From Patellaria atrata CBS 101060 (taxonomy: Eukaryota): a stretch of DNA of 64,000 nucleotides. The notes under the pieces are model-generated. The model did not search any database, was not told the origin of the DNA, and saw only the letters and a program-made list of their open reading frames with translations. This document shows, piece by piece, positions 12,815 through 25,375 of this stretch. How positions within the stretch are numbered: the stretch's first letter is position 1; each line of letters opens with the position of its first letter. Where the stretch lies: positions 951,301-1,015,300 of the forward strand of contig MU006093.1 of assembly GCA_010093705.1 (NCBI GenBank), in the 5' to 3' direction. A program made the translations under genes and the position numbers.

Positions 12815-14873
12815 TCAGAACCTTCCGCGATGTAGGAATTTATTAGGCATATCAATCCACTTACTCCTCAAATACTCGCATACGTTTTTACCCAAGGTGT
12901 CGTAAGTGCTGGTGGAATTGAATCCTCTGTCCAGGTGATCTCTCAGTAGGAAATGTACTGCTCTGATACCTGGGATTTCAAATCGCTCAATCCTTCCCCC
13001 TTTGTATTCTTCGTCCAGCAAATATTTGATCTTGTCAATAGTAAGTATGGAACGAAGCCAGTCCCATTCGTCGTCGTGTCGAACGTAGAATCCTACGTTA
13101 GCATCTGAGGCCTTATCTCCAGAACGGCCGCCAACTATCCAGCCCATTGGACCTCTAGTGGTGGGTCCATAATTCTTTAGATCAACTGGGTCTCTAGTCT
13201 CATAGCTCGGCTGGTCTCTGGGATATTCCTTTGTGACAGCGCAAACTGGTATGTTAATCGTCTTCTCTAACCAAGGAAGAATAACTCTATGGATCACCTC
13301 GGACTGTGGCAAGAGGGTGACATAGTATTCGTAATAAATCTTCCCTTCCGACTGTCTCTGATCGTTCCCTAGTGTCCATCCAGGACAGCCTTGGAGGCCA
13401 TTGTCCATACACCACCGATTGAATCCGGGTACGTCTAGAGTTGCTTTGGACACTAATTTCTTGTTCTTGGTTTGGACAAATATTCGGAAATCTACAGTTG
13501 CGACATCCTGGTTCCGTGGGTTGTCTGGACAGTATCCGTTGAGACTGAATTTAAAGCAGGACAACTCCTTCGCTGCGTCCCCTGCGGAGTATCGGATTTG
13601 CCGTTCCACCCATTCAGCCTTTGCTTCTAGATCAATGCCACAGAGATACACGTGGAACTCCGCTTGATATCCACCAACTGCCGTTAATCCCACCTTGGTC
13701 GTGGATGGTGGAGGAAGGCCGCGAACTCCAGTAACGCGAACACGATCTTTTCCTTCCTCTTTCATTAAAACCCCTTCGATGTTTGCCGTAACATCAGATC
13801 CATAGTATAAAGGTCCTTGAATCTCGTACAATAATTGTGAAGCCACTGTACCGACGGAGACCTTTGATTTGTTAATGGCAAGAAAAGGGTGAAGAAGTTC
13901 AATCAACCGACTCACCTCTCCTCCTGTATTTGGCTCCTTTTCAATGACGCATGACCCATCAGCCTCGATGGAGGCAATCGGAAATCCCAAGTTCTCACAT
14001 CTCTCCATCAGTCTCTTGAAACCTGAGAAGTAACCGCCACACACATATGCAGCGCATTCAATTAAATGACCACAAATCAAAGACCCAGCAATCTCATCAA
14101 AATGTTTGTTACGATCCCACCCGTGCCACCACATTGCGACACCCACTGTTGTGGCTGCATCTGCGACTCGACCTAGAATAGGAAACAGTTAGGATTAAAG
14201 TGATTCGGTAATACTGTACATTCTCACCGCAAATGACTATATCCGCTCCATTGTTCAAAGCTTCTGCTACACCTGCTCCACCGAGATAGCACCTTCGACC
14301 GTGGTCAGCATTGTTTCATACAAAAACAGATTTCATCCATACATACTGGGCGTATATTGGAGTGTAGCCCCAATCCTTAAGGTCCAAGCCCGTCATCAAG
14401 CTTGGGAAGCGTTCCCCTTTCTTAATAAGCTTATTAACGGCATCTGTAACCTCGTCTCCTTCGAGATAGGCAACTTTAAGATCCAGTCCTTGTTTCTTCA
14501 CCTCCTCTGTGACAAGGGTCGCGAGGAGTACAGTATCGCAAGCTCCTGCATTGACTGCTACCTTGATTCCCTTACCTGCGATATCTGCCAGAGCGGGTGA
14601 TAGGTTATCCATAAATGTAGGATCGAAAAGGCCTACGCGCTCTTCCATCAACTTCCCCTCTGCTCTGAGCGTCTCATTGTTGACCTTCTCCGCACCGTGC
14701 AGAGTCATCGTGCACTCTGATAACCAGTCACCAATAAGTGCGTCGATATCAAGCTTAGCCAGGGATGATATCGCACGCTGCCGATCAGAGAATCCACCAG
14801 ATGCACCCGCAATACGTACCGCCCTCTTAGAAGCTCCGTTGGTATGGCCGTTAGCTCCATTGATGGTAGCCAT
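12815..14873 (-). CDS. DUF1446 / AtuA-like (acyclic terpene utilisation) protein
   Basis: VRIAGASGGFSDR, GDWLSE, AQ|CYLG, ICG|RVADA, GHLIEC..Y..GG, QLLYEIQG, GRSGDK..DANVG; introns 14346..14293, 14227..14173 and 13915..13862. Confidence 0.92.
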
Positions 14874-15642
14874 TTTGGTAGAACCCTGAAATGGTCCAAA
14901 TCTTTAAGATAAGAGGAACCAAATATGATCTATAATTTCAGAATCTTGAGAATAAAGACTACGCGATGATTTTAATTTTTGAATAGTAGGCCCACCTAAA
15001 TACTTAAATAATTACGGTACTAATTCACTCAGGGACATTAAGGGATCGCTCGGCTGATAGATAGGACAGGACTCCAACCCTTTGATTGTCCATATGACCA
15101 GAAATACCTCGTTAGATATAGCATGGCCATATGCACAAAGATATTTACAGGGTAACATCGGATGATTGACAGCTAAAAGTTACAGAGCTGAGGAGAAGAG
15201 CAGCGCTATTGAATGAGGTGTCGTCCGGATATAGAAATCCTCCAGATCAGCCACAAGAGTAAAGCCACAGGGTTCCGACACTCCGCGATCAGACCCACCC
15301 CCATCTCACTAACGTTCCCCAGACACCATCATTGACAACACTTCGTGTTCCTATGACTTCTAAAGTGCTACCAAATACGATCTGTGCTGGGACCGTCTGC
15401 AGTCTAGGGAATTTCCTATGGAAAGATATCGGCTATCAGAATGGGGATGAAGCGGTCCGCTTTCATCATCACCCGTAATGATGAGCTTTTAAAAGCATAC
15501 TGTACGCATAGCTAACCGGACGAAATTGCTTGTTACTACCGATTTCCTTACTTTCACGACGATTGAAACATCCAGATCTCAAGGAAGAATATAAGGATTC
15601 CACAGACCACCAACCAATTCGAACACTACAGCATCTTGGACC

Positions 15643-16456
15643 ATGTCATCCGACTCTCTTGTAGACAAGGTGGTTGTGATAACCGGTGCAGCTTCTGGTA
15701 TGGGACTAGAAACATCGAAACTTCTTGCTTCCAAAGGTGTCAAAGTATCTATGGCTGATATCCAAGAGGGACCATTGAACGAAGCTGCGGCAGCGATTAG
15801 AAAGGAGGGAGGCAAAGTCATAGCTACCGTTGTAGACGTTAGAGACCGCAACCAGTGTGAAGAGTGGATTTCCACGACCGTGGAGAAGTTTGGCAAGCTA
15901 GATGGAGCGGCAAACCTCGCTGGAGTCATCGGAAAGAACATCAACGTTAAGTATATACAAGATATAGACGATGATGACTGGGACTTCCTTTTTGCCGTCA
16001 ACACCAAGGGCGTAATGAACTGTCTCCGTGCTCAGATCCCCCACTTCAACGATAATGGCTCCATCGTCAATGCAGCTAGCGTAGCTGGTCTCATCGGGTT
16101 CCCGCGAAATTCGGCTTATGTAGCTTCCAAACATGCAGTAGTCGGTCTCACGAAGGCTGCTGCGAAAGAACTTGGCCCTCGACAGATTCGCGTAAACTGC
16201 TTCGCCCCGTAAGTCAACCACTTGCCCACTCCACAATTTCTTATGGCTTACGACTTATGCTAGTGGTCCCATTGAAACACCAATGTTTCGTCAATCAGCC
16301 TCGATTCGAGGCAACGAAATGAGTCTAGACCATATTGCACTAAGGAGAAAGGGGAGACCCATTGAGGTTGCGTATCTCATCGAGTGGTTACTATCTCCTG
16401 GCTCGTCTTTCATCACAGGGACCGTTCAGACTATTGATGGTGGTTGGGTATGTTGA
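15643..16456 (+). CDS. Classical short-chain dehydrogenase/reductase
   Basis: [38 protein letters not shown]; intron 16209..16263. Confidence 0.93.
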
Positions 16457-16917
16457 TATGGTTACAGGACTGACTGATGTATGATCTCACACATATCCCA
16501 ATTCAATATCAGTCTCTGAACTGGCTTTTTTTAAGGTGCTACAACTCTAAAGTAGTCTATCTTCTACACTAGAAGGATTATGTTATTCTTTTCTGCATGT
16601 GCACAGAGAACCGCGATATATGTGATCGTCACTTCTTTCTACCCCTAATCTTAATCGTCTATCATCGAGCAGTTGGCAAGCGTGAGGAACCTATCCCATA
16701 TTACCATTACCTCTCAATGCCACAATATACTTCAATCATGTTAGTATATGTTATCGAAGAGCGTTTAAAGACATTCCTTCTCTCAAGGTTCCATTACAGG
16801 CTATTAGAGATGTTTATGTGTGATATCGTTCATCAATTGTGGTTATATGGAGTTTTGTTTGCTACCAATCATCCATCTTCTCATATCCATCCTTCCTCTC
16901 CTCCACAGTCCATTTTT

Positions 16918-17394
16918 CTAATACTTAAAGTCTCTTACATGCTCCCTAACCATCTTCCCCTCATCAATAACAATATATTCCACCCCAATAGTAACCCTAA
17001 TAGTATCCATATCAATAAGCTTAAGTTCATCCGGCCGTATCTTATCCTGATACTCCTGGTCCAAAAATGCAGACTCAAAGTCCTCATACTTCTGCACATA
17101 GAAATCAGCCGCACCGTCGAATTCCAACGCCTCTCGACCGGTTGCATCGAGCATCTTTTTACCGAGAGCTTTATGTTCGGAGGTAGTATGATACTACGTT
17201 TGGTGAACGTGAGATCGTGGGGATCAGTCGGTGGGGCGACGTACCTGCGTGTACTTAATGATGCCGCATCTTCTCAGCCATTCTGTTGCTAGAGGACCGT
17301 GCTCGTGTGCCCAGTAACGGTTGAACTCTTCTTCTGATAGACCTTCTCTGCGGTTCACGAAGACTTGAACGCGGATGTATTGCTCTGTCGACAT
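16918..17394 (-). CDS. EthD-family dimeric alpha+beta barrel protein
   Basis: RREGLSEEEFNRYWAHEHGPL...YTQ|YH...FDGAADF...D.EY...IRPDE..LID; phase-0 intron 17244..17194. Exon 1 is missing from the ORF track. Confidence 0.88.
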
Positions 17395-20300
17395 GATGAA
17401 GTTCTCTTGTGAAAGTTTTAGGTGAAATCAGTCTGGGTAGGGTGGTGCTTGTTCAAAGGGTAGCTTGCTTTGGTAGATTCGCTGTGTTGAAATCGATGTT
17501 CAATATCTTCAACTGTGCGTAACAATTCAAACCTTCCTATAATCTCTCCAAGGCGCAGGCAACTCGGAGGAAATGTCGGGATCTGGGGTAAGTATAGGCA
17601 TCTCAGAACTCTCTTTGTAATGGTGTTTGTACGAGAGTTTCTTAGCCTGCGAAATACTGATATATCTAGCCTTGGTAAGCGGAGAATGTCTTCCAATACG
17701 TAGTTATAAAAAAACCGAGGGGATACCGTGCTTATAGGACAGCTCAAGCAACATGTGGTAGACCGTGTATCTCTCCCTCTACGCTAAGGCCCTCGTATCC
17801 TTACGTCTAACTTCCCCACATTAACACTCCGGATACTAACTGCAGATCGAAAAGATAGTTTGCCCTAGGGAATTAGCTGCATCGACTAGACTCGGAAACA
17901 AGCTCATTGCAAGCTCATTGCAAGCTCCTTGAAGCCGATGATCAGTACACCACGCGCATAGTTTGAGCGTTTGGGCATGTAGTGTTATTATTTCATTCAA
18001 GAAAGTCTACGTTCTGTAGTCTACGGTTCGGCCCAAGGGTACTACAAAATCGCCCTCTGTAATTGTCAAGCGAGCTGGCGAGCTGGAAGGGAGTTGGATA
18101 GGAATCAGTTTCCTCTTGTACTCTCCAAGGTCATGGTATCTATCTAGTGAATGTTCCCTTCCAGTGAGCCCAACATGACAAGATACTAAGGATATGAACT
18201 TGTGGTTTCCTTCACCTAATGAGATTTTAGCGTTTGGATTCCCGATGCATGATGTCTCTCGCCCCTCTCGCTCCAAGTCCAAATTGAACATCCCTAGTAA
18301 GAGGAAAGCAATGACTGCATGGACTTTAGGAAGCACAGGGAATTATGTTAGAAATTGTATACAGGTATGAGTCCAAAGGCCAGAACCTGCGTCTGGCTTG
18401 ATAGAATTTGAGAATCACACATCTTGTAGACGGTTTAAGAAATGGCTCCGATGCCAGTGCTTCGACGGGTTTTGAAGTTGGTGAGCACTGAGACTACTAT
18501 CAAAAGATGATTTGGAAAACAAGCTCGACAAAATAAACATTATATCTTGACCTATTGGTGTTATGTCGAAGCGCCACCCAAATAAATTAAGGGTCGGAGT
18601 TAGCGCTCCAGATAGCAGAAACAACTGCGGAGAAAGACAGAGACATAGTATGGAGTTCCCTGTTATGTACCTGCGCGAAAACAGAATGCACCTAGAAATT
18701 AAAGCATAAAGTAGAGCTCTAGTTGCTTACTTGGTGACATATTTTCCCATCGAGAAGGAATAACCTTGCTATCAGTTTATATTTTTCGAAAAAGAGTAAC
18801 AGAGCATTCAGAGAAAGTAATTCAAGATCAGAACGGCGAGATCTTTCGCTACCAAAAGTACTGGAACAAACAAACCATCTGGACAAATGTTAGCCACCAA
18901 ATCCGCAAAACGGTGCTTCGTAGTGGCTGTTTAAGTATAGGAAATCATCAAGCTCTGGAACAGTTGCGAACCTGAAGACCGGGCCATGTGTCACATAGGA
19001 CAGATCCACAGAATCAGGGGGATGCATATTCTGAGGGAGTTAGTAAGAGGCACCAGAGTTACACTGCGGTCAATCTGCATAACGGAACAACTTGGGTGTG
19101 ATCTCAACGTCAATGATTGTAGTCCGCTGCTGCTCCAGTGGCTTATTGATACTAGTATCCTGATCTAGACAGTTGTGCGTTGTGGAAGTGCGAGTACGAC
19201 TCTTGATCATTACGGTATGACCATGACGGCCTCTTAAACCGAGGACAAGTCTTAGCCACAGTATCTCGAAAGTGAAATCATAACAGAAGGATTATTGTAG
19301 TGGGAGCATATGTTTGCCGATTATGGTGCCTCTTCTTTTCCCTCTGTAGTAAATATTCCGTGGATCCTCGCAGTAGCTCCGAGACATGCACATTGCATGC
19401 CGTACGACGTAGAGATCTTCCTGGAGTCGTCCTCAATTTCCATGAACCAAATCGCATCATGTTCCAAATGTAAGGACACGACCTTGAGACCTTCAAAGCT
19501 CGGGCACCTAAGAGCGATGACTGGTCGTGCTGGTCAATAGACGCCCTGATATCATGCTCACGTGAATGATTCTAGAAGCCGATAGATAGTAACAGTCAAT
19601 CCATTTTCCTGATTGTAACCATCACTCTACAGTGAAGGAAGGAGGTTATGGTGATTAAATATAGACATGTGTGGATTTGATAATGCGAAACCTTAATGAA
19701 AGACAATGACACAAAGCCACATAGCTACCATGAATGGAATTCTATGCAGGAATTTGATGAAGTGGATGGTCTGCTGACAAAGAGCCTTTGTTTCTTCGTT
19801 AGGCTTTGAAGCACACGGGAGCTTACATGTACAAAATTAATGGAGTCCTGTGAATGTTGTATCCTGAAACGCAAGCTGTAAGCTCACATGAACGCGCATA
19901 TCCTGCAAATTTAATTAGTCAAGTGATTTATGTCGAGGACCTGCCCTGTGCTAGCCACAGCCATTTAAGCTACTTTTCTCTTGCTCCGCTGCTTCTTCTT
20001 TCTCCTCACTCTTTACACACCACACTCCTTTGATATCGAGTCCACGTCTTTCGCTCCGCTGCAACTTAATTCCAAAACAGCTCACACACTCTTTTCCATA
20101 CACCCGCGCTCATTTTGTCCCACGGCGTACGCTTAGATCGTACGACCTACTCTCTCTTTAAACCTTCCTAGAAGGACTCACGCGTAAGTTCCCCAAAATC
20201 AGGATCGCAATGCGCATAGACCAACCACTCGATATTGACGTCCTTTAAATCTTGTATTATTTCCTCACCCCAACGTCCCTAGTCTAGGCATCGCGCATCT

Positions 20301-20399
20301 TACTAGTCCTTCGATTCATTCTTTTAACCTATACACTAGCTCTTTCAACGAAAGGAATCGCATAGACCGACTTATCGAAATCCTCGGTAATCTCCCAAA

Positions 20400-21324
20400 A
20401 TGCGTTCCGCAACTGTTCTTGCGATCCTGCTCGCTGTCGGGGCCATCGCCGTTCCTCTCGTAGAGCGCGCCTATCTTACTCAATACGAATATGTCACGGT
20501 CACGAAAGTTGTAACTGCTGGGGTTGAGCCAACTGAAGTTCCTTCTAATCCCTATGGTGGTGTCGACAACCTCATCGGAGGTGTCAACCCTCGTCCTCGA
20601 CCTTCATCCAGCCGTCGTGTTCAAACTCCACATGCGCAGCCAACCACTTCGAGCTACACTCCTGCTCTACCCTCGAGCACACCACCCAGTGCCATTTCCA
20701 ACTCTCCATCCTCTGGAGGTACTACTGGGTCCGTATCTTATCCAACCGGTAACGACTATAAGAGCAAATGTCTCCGTCATCACAACGTCCATCGCACCAA
20801 TCACTCTGCTCCAGCTTTGCAATGGGATGATCGTCTTGCTTCAATCGCTAATCAGCAAGCGTCCAAGTGCGTTTATAAACATGAAACTGAGACAGGTGGA
20901 GGCGGTTACGGTCAAAACATGGCAGCTGGCGTGGAAGATGCTGATGTTGGTATCATCATTTCGGACCTGTTCTATAACGGTGAAATCGGCAAGTTCGGCG
21001 ACTCCTATGGTCAAGCCAATCCCAGTGGTGACTTTCATGGTTGGGGCCATTTCACCCAGATCGTCTGGAAGGAGACCTCCAAGTTCGGATGCGCTACGGT
21101 TAAGTGTTCCAAGATCATAGACGGTGAATCAGGCCAACCTTTCACCAACGTTTCTCCATGGTTAACGTTCTGTAACTATGAGACACCTGGTTAGTGATTA
21201 CCCTTCCTTGAGTTGTGCCTATTTGCTGACACTATGTATAGGAAACTGGGGCGGTCAGTACGCAGAGAACGTCTTGCGACCATTGGGCCATCCGACCGTT
21301 AAGGGTGATTGGTCTGGTAGGTAA
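20400..21324 (+). CDS. Secreted CAP/SCP/PR-1 (Pry-like) protein
   Basis: Signal peptide, Ser/Thr/Pro linker, HNVHRTNHSA..LQWD, YGQN, GHFTQIVWK, CNYETP|GN; intron 21190..21241. Confidence 0.93.
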
Positions 21325-22660
21325 AACGGTGTTCTCATCGACCACGCTCAAATCATATCGATCGGTGCGTCTTTCAAGGACTCCAGCGATATTCGATGAG
21401 GAGATTATCTTAGAACTTGATCACATCATTCATGGCGCTCATTCCCAGCCCAGCTCTCTTCTTATTGTGCGATGTCAGGCTTTGGACCTACGATGAGTTC
21501 CGGCAGCAACAGTGTTCTCTATTCTGTGTTTATAGTTTCTCTCAAAGCTCTTAAGTCCAGATAAGGGTGCAATTGGACAAAATACAATTTTCTTCTAAAT
21601 GAAACACAATTGATTCGTTGACAAGATGTTTTACTGTGCAAAATGAATAAAGAAAGTACTACATTCTAATAACTGCGAGGTATTAGTAACAGTGAGATGT
21701 TGTCGACTAACTGGCTACAAGGTCTTGAATTACGAATAACATATCTGTCTAGCATAGAATGAAGAAAGGGTAGAAGAGATGATGAGGTGGAGTCGTGTAA
21801 CGACTGCAGCGGGTCTGGATAAAGTTTGATCTCCTAACCATCTAACCGAACTTTAGCGTTGAATTTCTGGTCTCTCACGTGGGAACAAACAGCTCTGGTT
21901 CTACGTAACTCAAAGGAAGACTCACTCGAAAATACTAAACTACGAGTAGACTCTACAAAGAACGGCCAAGAGAAATGATATGCTTTCAATCAAGTGTTGA
22001 AACTTGATCAGACAAGTAGGAAGATTATTTTCAGACTGTCACGTGAAGTTAGTGGGAAGCTGACATAATCAAAACTCCGAAAATTCCCCTTTACGGAATG
22101 TTCTCTTGCTACACGAGTCTATGATTACCATACTTAGATGAGTCGCGCCGGATACTTAGATCAATTTGAATGGCAAACCCTAGGCCCAAGACACCTAATA
22201 TCACTTTCTATCTTACAATCAGTTCCTCAGTCTCCCCGGGGGAATACGAGCAGTGCTAGACAAAGTTATGGAGACCCATATTCGCTTATAGCATGCTGTA
22301 CCGTATGTTTCGGAAAGCCTTGACACTTCTTTGTACCAGTGTCCTCACTATTTGTGCCTCATGATGCTGCAACTGTAACGTAAATAATGCTAACGTAAGA
22401 GTATTTTCCCCGTTCTAAACCAATCATGTGTAATATACCCCACCTTCCGTGTTAAGGTTGGCCGAGAGCGTTACCGATACCAAAGTTCGGATCTAACATC
22501 CAGCGTCATTTTGCTTAGTGCCTACTATCATAGAAACATCATATTTGTCATTCCCAATTCGTTCGATCATGACTATTTCTTCCATACAATATTGCCCCTG
22601 TAATCCATTATCACCTCTTCTCAAGGCGTTGGGTTTCTCCGATAGACCGTCACTTATTTG

Positions 22661-25275
22661 ATGTATTTCTCCCGCCTTCCAGTTCGCCCTCTTAAAGTTC
22701 CCCGCTCATTGCCTCTCTCTAGTCTTCAGCACACATTCCGAGCTTCACGATATACCTCGGTGGCGCCCTCTTTGTCGAGACGAGTTGCCCTAGTTAGGGC
22801 GCGCAAAGAGTTCCTCAGAATGGAAACGCAAGCCTTCTCGACGAGCGCTACGAGCGCGCAGGACGACTTGAAGCTCACCAATAGACTCTCTGAGAGTAGA
22901 AGTCCGTACGTAAGTACTAAGACCATTTACTTTTGGAACTAAGCTTATATATATTTCGCAAAAGGTACGACAACACATGAACAACCCTGTAGCATGGCAG
23001 ATGTGGACTCCTGAGACTCTGGCGCTTGCGAAGAAACATAATAGATTGGTTTTCCTAAGTGTTGGATATTCGGCATGTCATTGTTAGTCTCTCTTCCGCG
23101 GTTCCGTTAGCCTTTACTGACTAGAGGAAAAGGGTGCCATGTCATGGAACGTGAATCATTCGAGAACCAAGAGGTCGCGAATATACTTAATAATCATTTC
23201 GTCCCCATAAAGATCGATCGAGAAGAACGCCCGGATGTTGACCGAATATATATGAACTTTGTGCAAGTTACCACTGGTTCAGGAGGCTGGCCACTCAATG
23301 TCTTCCTAACACCAGATCTAGAGCCCATATTTGGTGGCACATATTGGCCAGGCCCAACATCAGCGACTGCTCATGCTGATCATATTGGATTTGTTGACAT
23401 TCTTCAGAAGATTCAAAGTGCATGGAAGACACAAGCTCAGAAATGTAAAGAGGACGCGAAAGGGATTACTGAAACAATGAAAGCATTTGCTGCAGACGGA
23501 ACAATAAGTCGTTTGGGAGATAGCGATGGGGAAACCCAAGGCCTAGAAATAGAGCTTCTAGAAGATGCATACGAACATTACGCAAGGAAATTCGATACGA
23601 AACATGCAGGCTTCGGTGCTGCACCTAAATTTCCTACACCGGTTAACTTATCGTTCCTTCTTCGGCTTGCCCAGTATCCAAATGCGGTAGAACATGTTGT
23701 CGGGGAGCAGGAATGCAAGAGAGCAAAGGAAATGGTACTCAGAACTCTTAAAGCAATGGCTAGGGGTGGTATCCATGATCAAATTGGAAATGGTTTCTCT
23801 AGATATTCAGTAACACGAGATTGGAGCCTGCCACACTTCGAGAAGATGCTCTACGACCAGGTGCAACTTCTACCCGTCTACTTAGATGCTTATCTCATCA
23901 CCAAAGATGAGGAGTTTTTAGATGTTGTTCATGATATCGCAACATATTTAACGACTCCACCACTGCATTCCCCTACTGGAGGATTCTTCTCCGCAGAAGA
24001 TGCAGACTCTCTGTATAGACCTAATGATACGGAGAAACGGGAGGGAGCATTCTATGTTTGGACACTTAAAGAGTTCCGGTCCATTCTTGGTGATATCAAC
24101 GGGGATATATGCGCGAAATATTATGACGTGCAAGAGAACGGGAATGTCAGTCCTGAACACGATGCTCACGATGAACTACTTAATCAGAATGTACTGCACA
24201 TTAGAAGCACACCAGAAACGCTTGCTAAGGAATTTGGACTCAAGGAAGAAGAAGTTGTGAATATTCTTAAGGAAAGTAGAATTAAGTTGCTGGAGCATCG
24301 AAATAAAGAGCGTCCACGTCCTGCGCTAGATGACAAGATCGTAGTTGCATGGAATGGCCTTGCTCTAGGTGCCCTCGCTCGAACAAGTACCGTGATTGAA
24401 TCTATCGATCTAGAAAAGTCCAAAGAGTACAAGAAAGCAGCCGAAGATGCAGCTAGTTTTATCAAGAAAGAACTCTATAACTCGCAAGACGGGACTCTAA
24501 AACGTGTCTACCGCGAAGGCCCCGGCGACGCCCCTGGTTTCGCAGACGACTACGCCTTCCTAATTTCCGGTCTCATCGACCTCTACGAAGCTATATTCGA
24601 CGACTCCTATCTCGAATGGGCCGAGAAGTTACAAAGTACGCATCCCCTACTTTCCCCCCCCCTTAAAACCCTTACACACTTCCCCACTTCACTCACAAAA
24701 GCTAACCCCTCACACCAGAAACCCAAAACGAGCTCTTCTGGGACTCAGAATCCGGCGGCTTCTTCTCCACCGTCCCCTCTCCAGATCTGATCCTCCGCCT
24801 CAAAGACGGCATGGACGACTCCGAACCCTCCGCCAATGGCGTCAGCGCGCAGAACTTACACCGCCTCGCTGCCCTCTTCGACGACGCAACATACACGGAT
24901 CGGGCGCAGAAGACGGCCCTCTCGTTCGAGGCGGAGATCATGCAGCACCCCTACCTCTTCTCCAGCATGATGGGGAGCGTCGTCGCAGGCCGCTTAGGGG
25001 TCAGGAGCGTGGTTGTCTGCGGCGAGGGCGAGAGGGTCGAAAAGGCGGTGCGGGAGATCAGGGAGAGAGTCGTGCCGAATGGGGTCGTGGCGAGGTTGGG
25101 CGCGGGCGCGAAGAGCGATGGTTGGTTAAGGGCGAGAAACGAGCTGTTCAAGCATTTCGATGCCAATAAGCCCAGGGTCCAGGTTTGCGAGGATGGAGTC
25201 TGCAGGGAGGAGTTGGAGGTCGAGGAGGTGGCGAGGGCGATTAAGGAGGAGAGGCATGATGAGGTGGTGCAGTAG
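22661..25275 (+). CDS. SPATA20/YyaL-type protein (DUF255 thioredoxin-like domain plus alpha/alpha barrel)
   Basis: NRL..SRSPY|VRQH.NNPVAW, GYSACH|WCHVMERESF, GGWPLNVFLTP, PHFEKMLYDQ, DDKIVVAWNGL; introns 22910..22964, 23083..23132 and 24636..24718. Confidence 0.93.
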
Positions 25276-25375
25276 AGTGAAACGGGGGTTCTAGACACGG
25301 GTGTAATGTTCATGATACACGACAAATCAGACAAAGCAGCAAAAAAAATTCTAATATCAACCATACATCCCCAAA

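Noticed and set aside
16448..16512. Alternative terminal intron in the SDR creating a cryptic PTS1
   Set aside because: The spliced extension would end YLLH, which is not PTS1-like, and the unspliced GGWVC end is typical.
16992..17000. TAACCCTAA, resembling a telomerase RNA template
   Set aside because: Lies inside the EthD coding exon; a single chance match.
17899..17931. 11-bp unit repeated about three times (CAAGCTCATTG)
   Set aside because: Simple slippage repeat without spacers; not CRISPR-like.
17418..19540. Several 60-110 aa ORFs
   Set aside because: I could not join them into a recognisable protein; a degraded pseudogene is not excluded.
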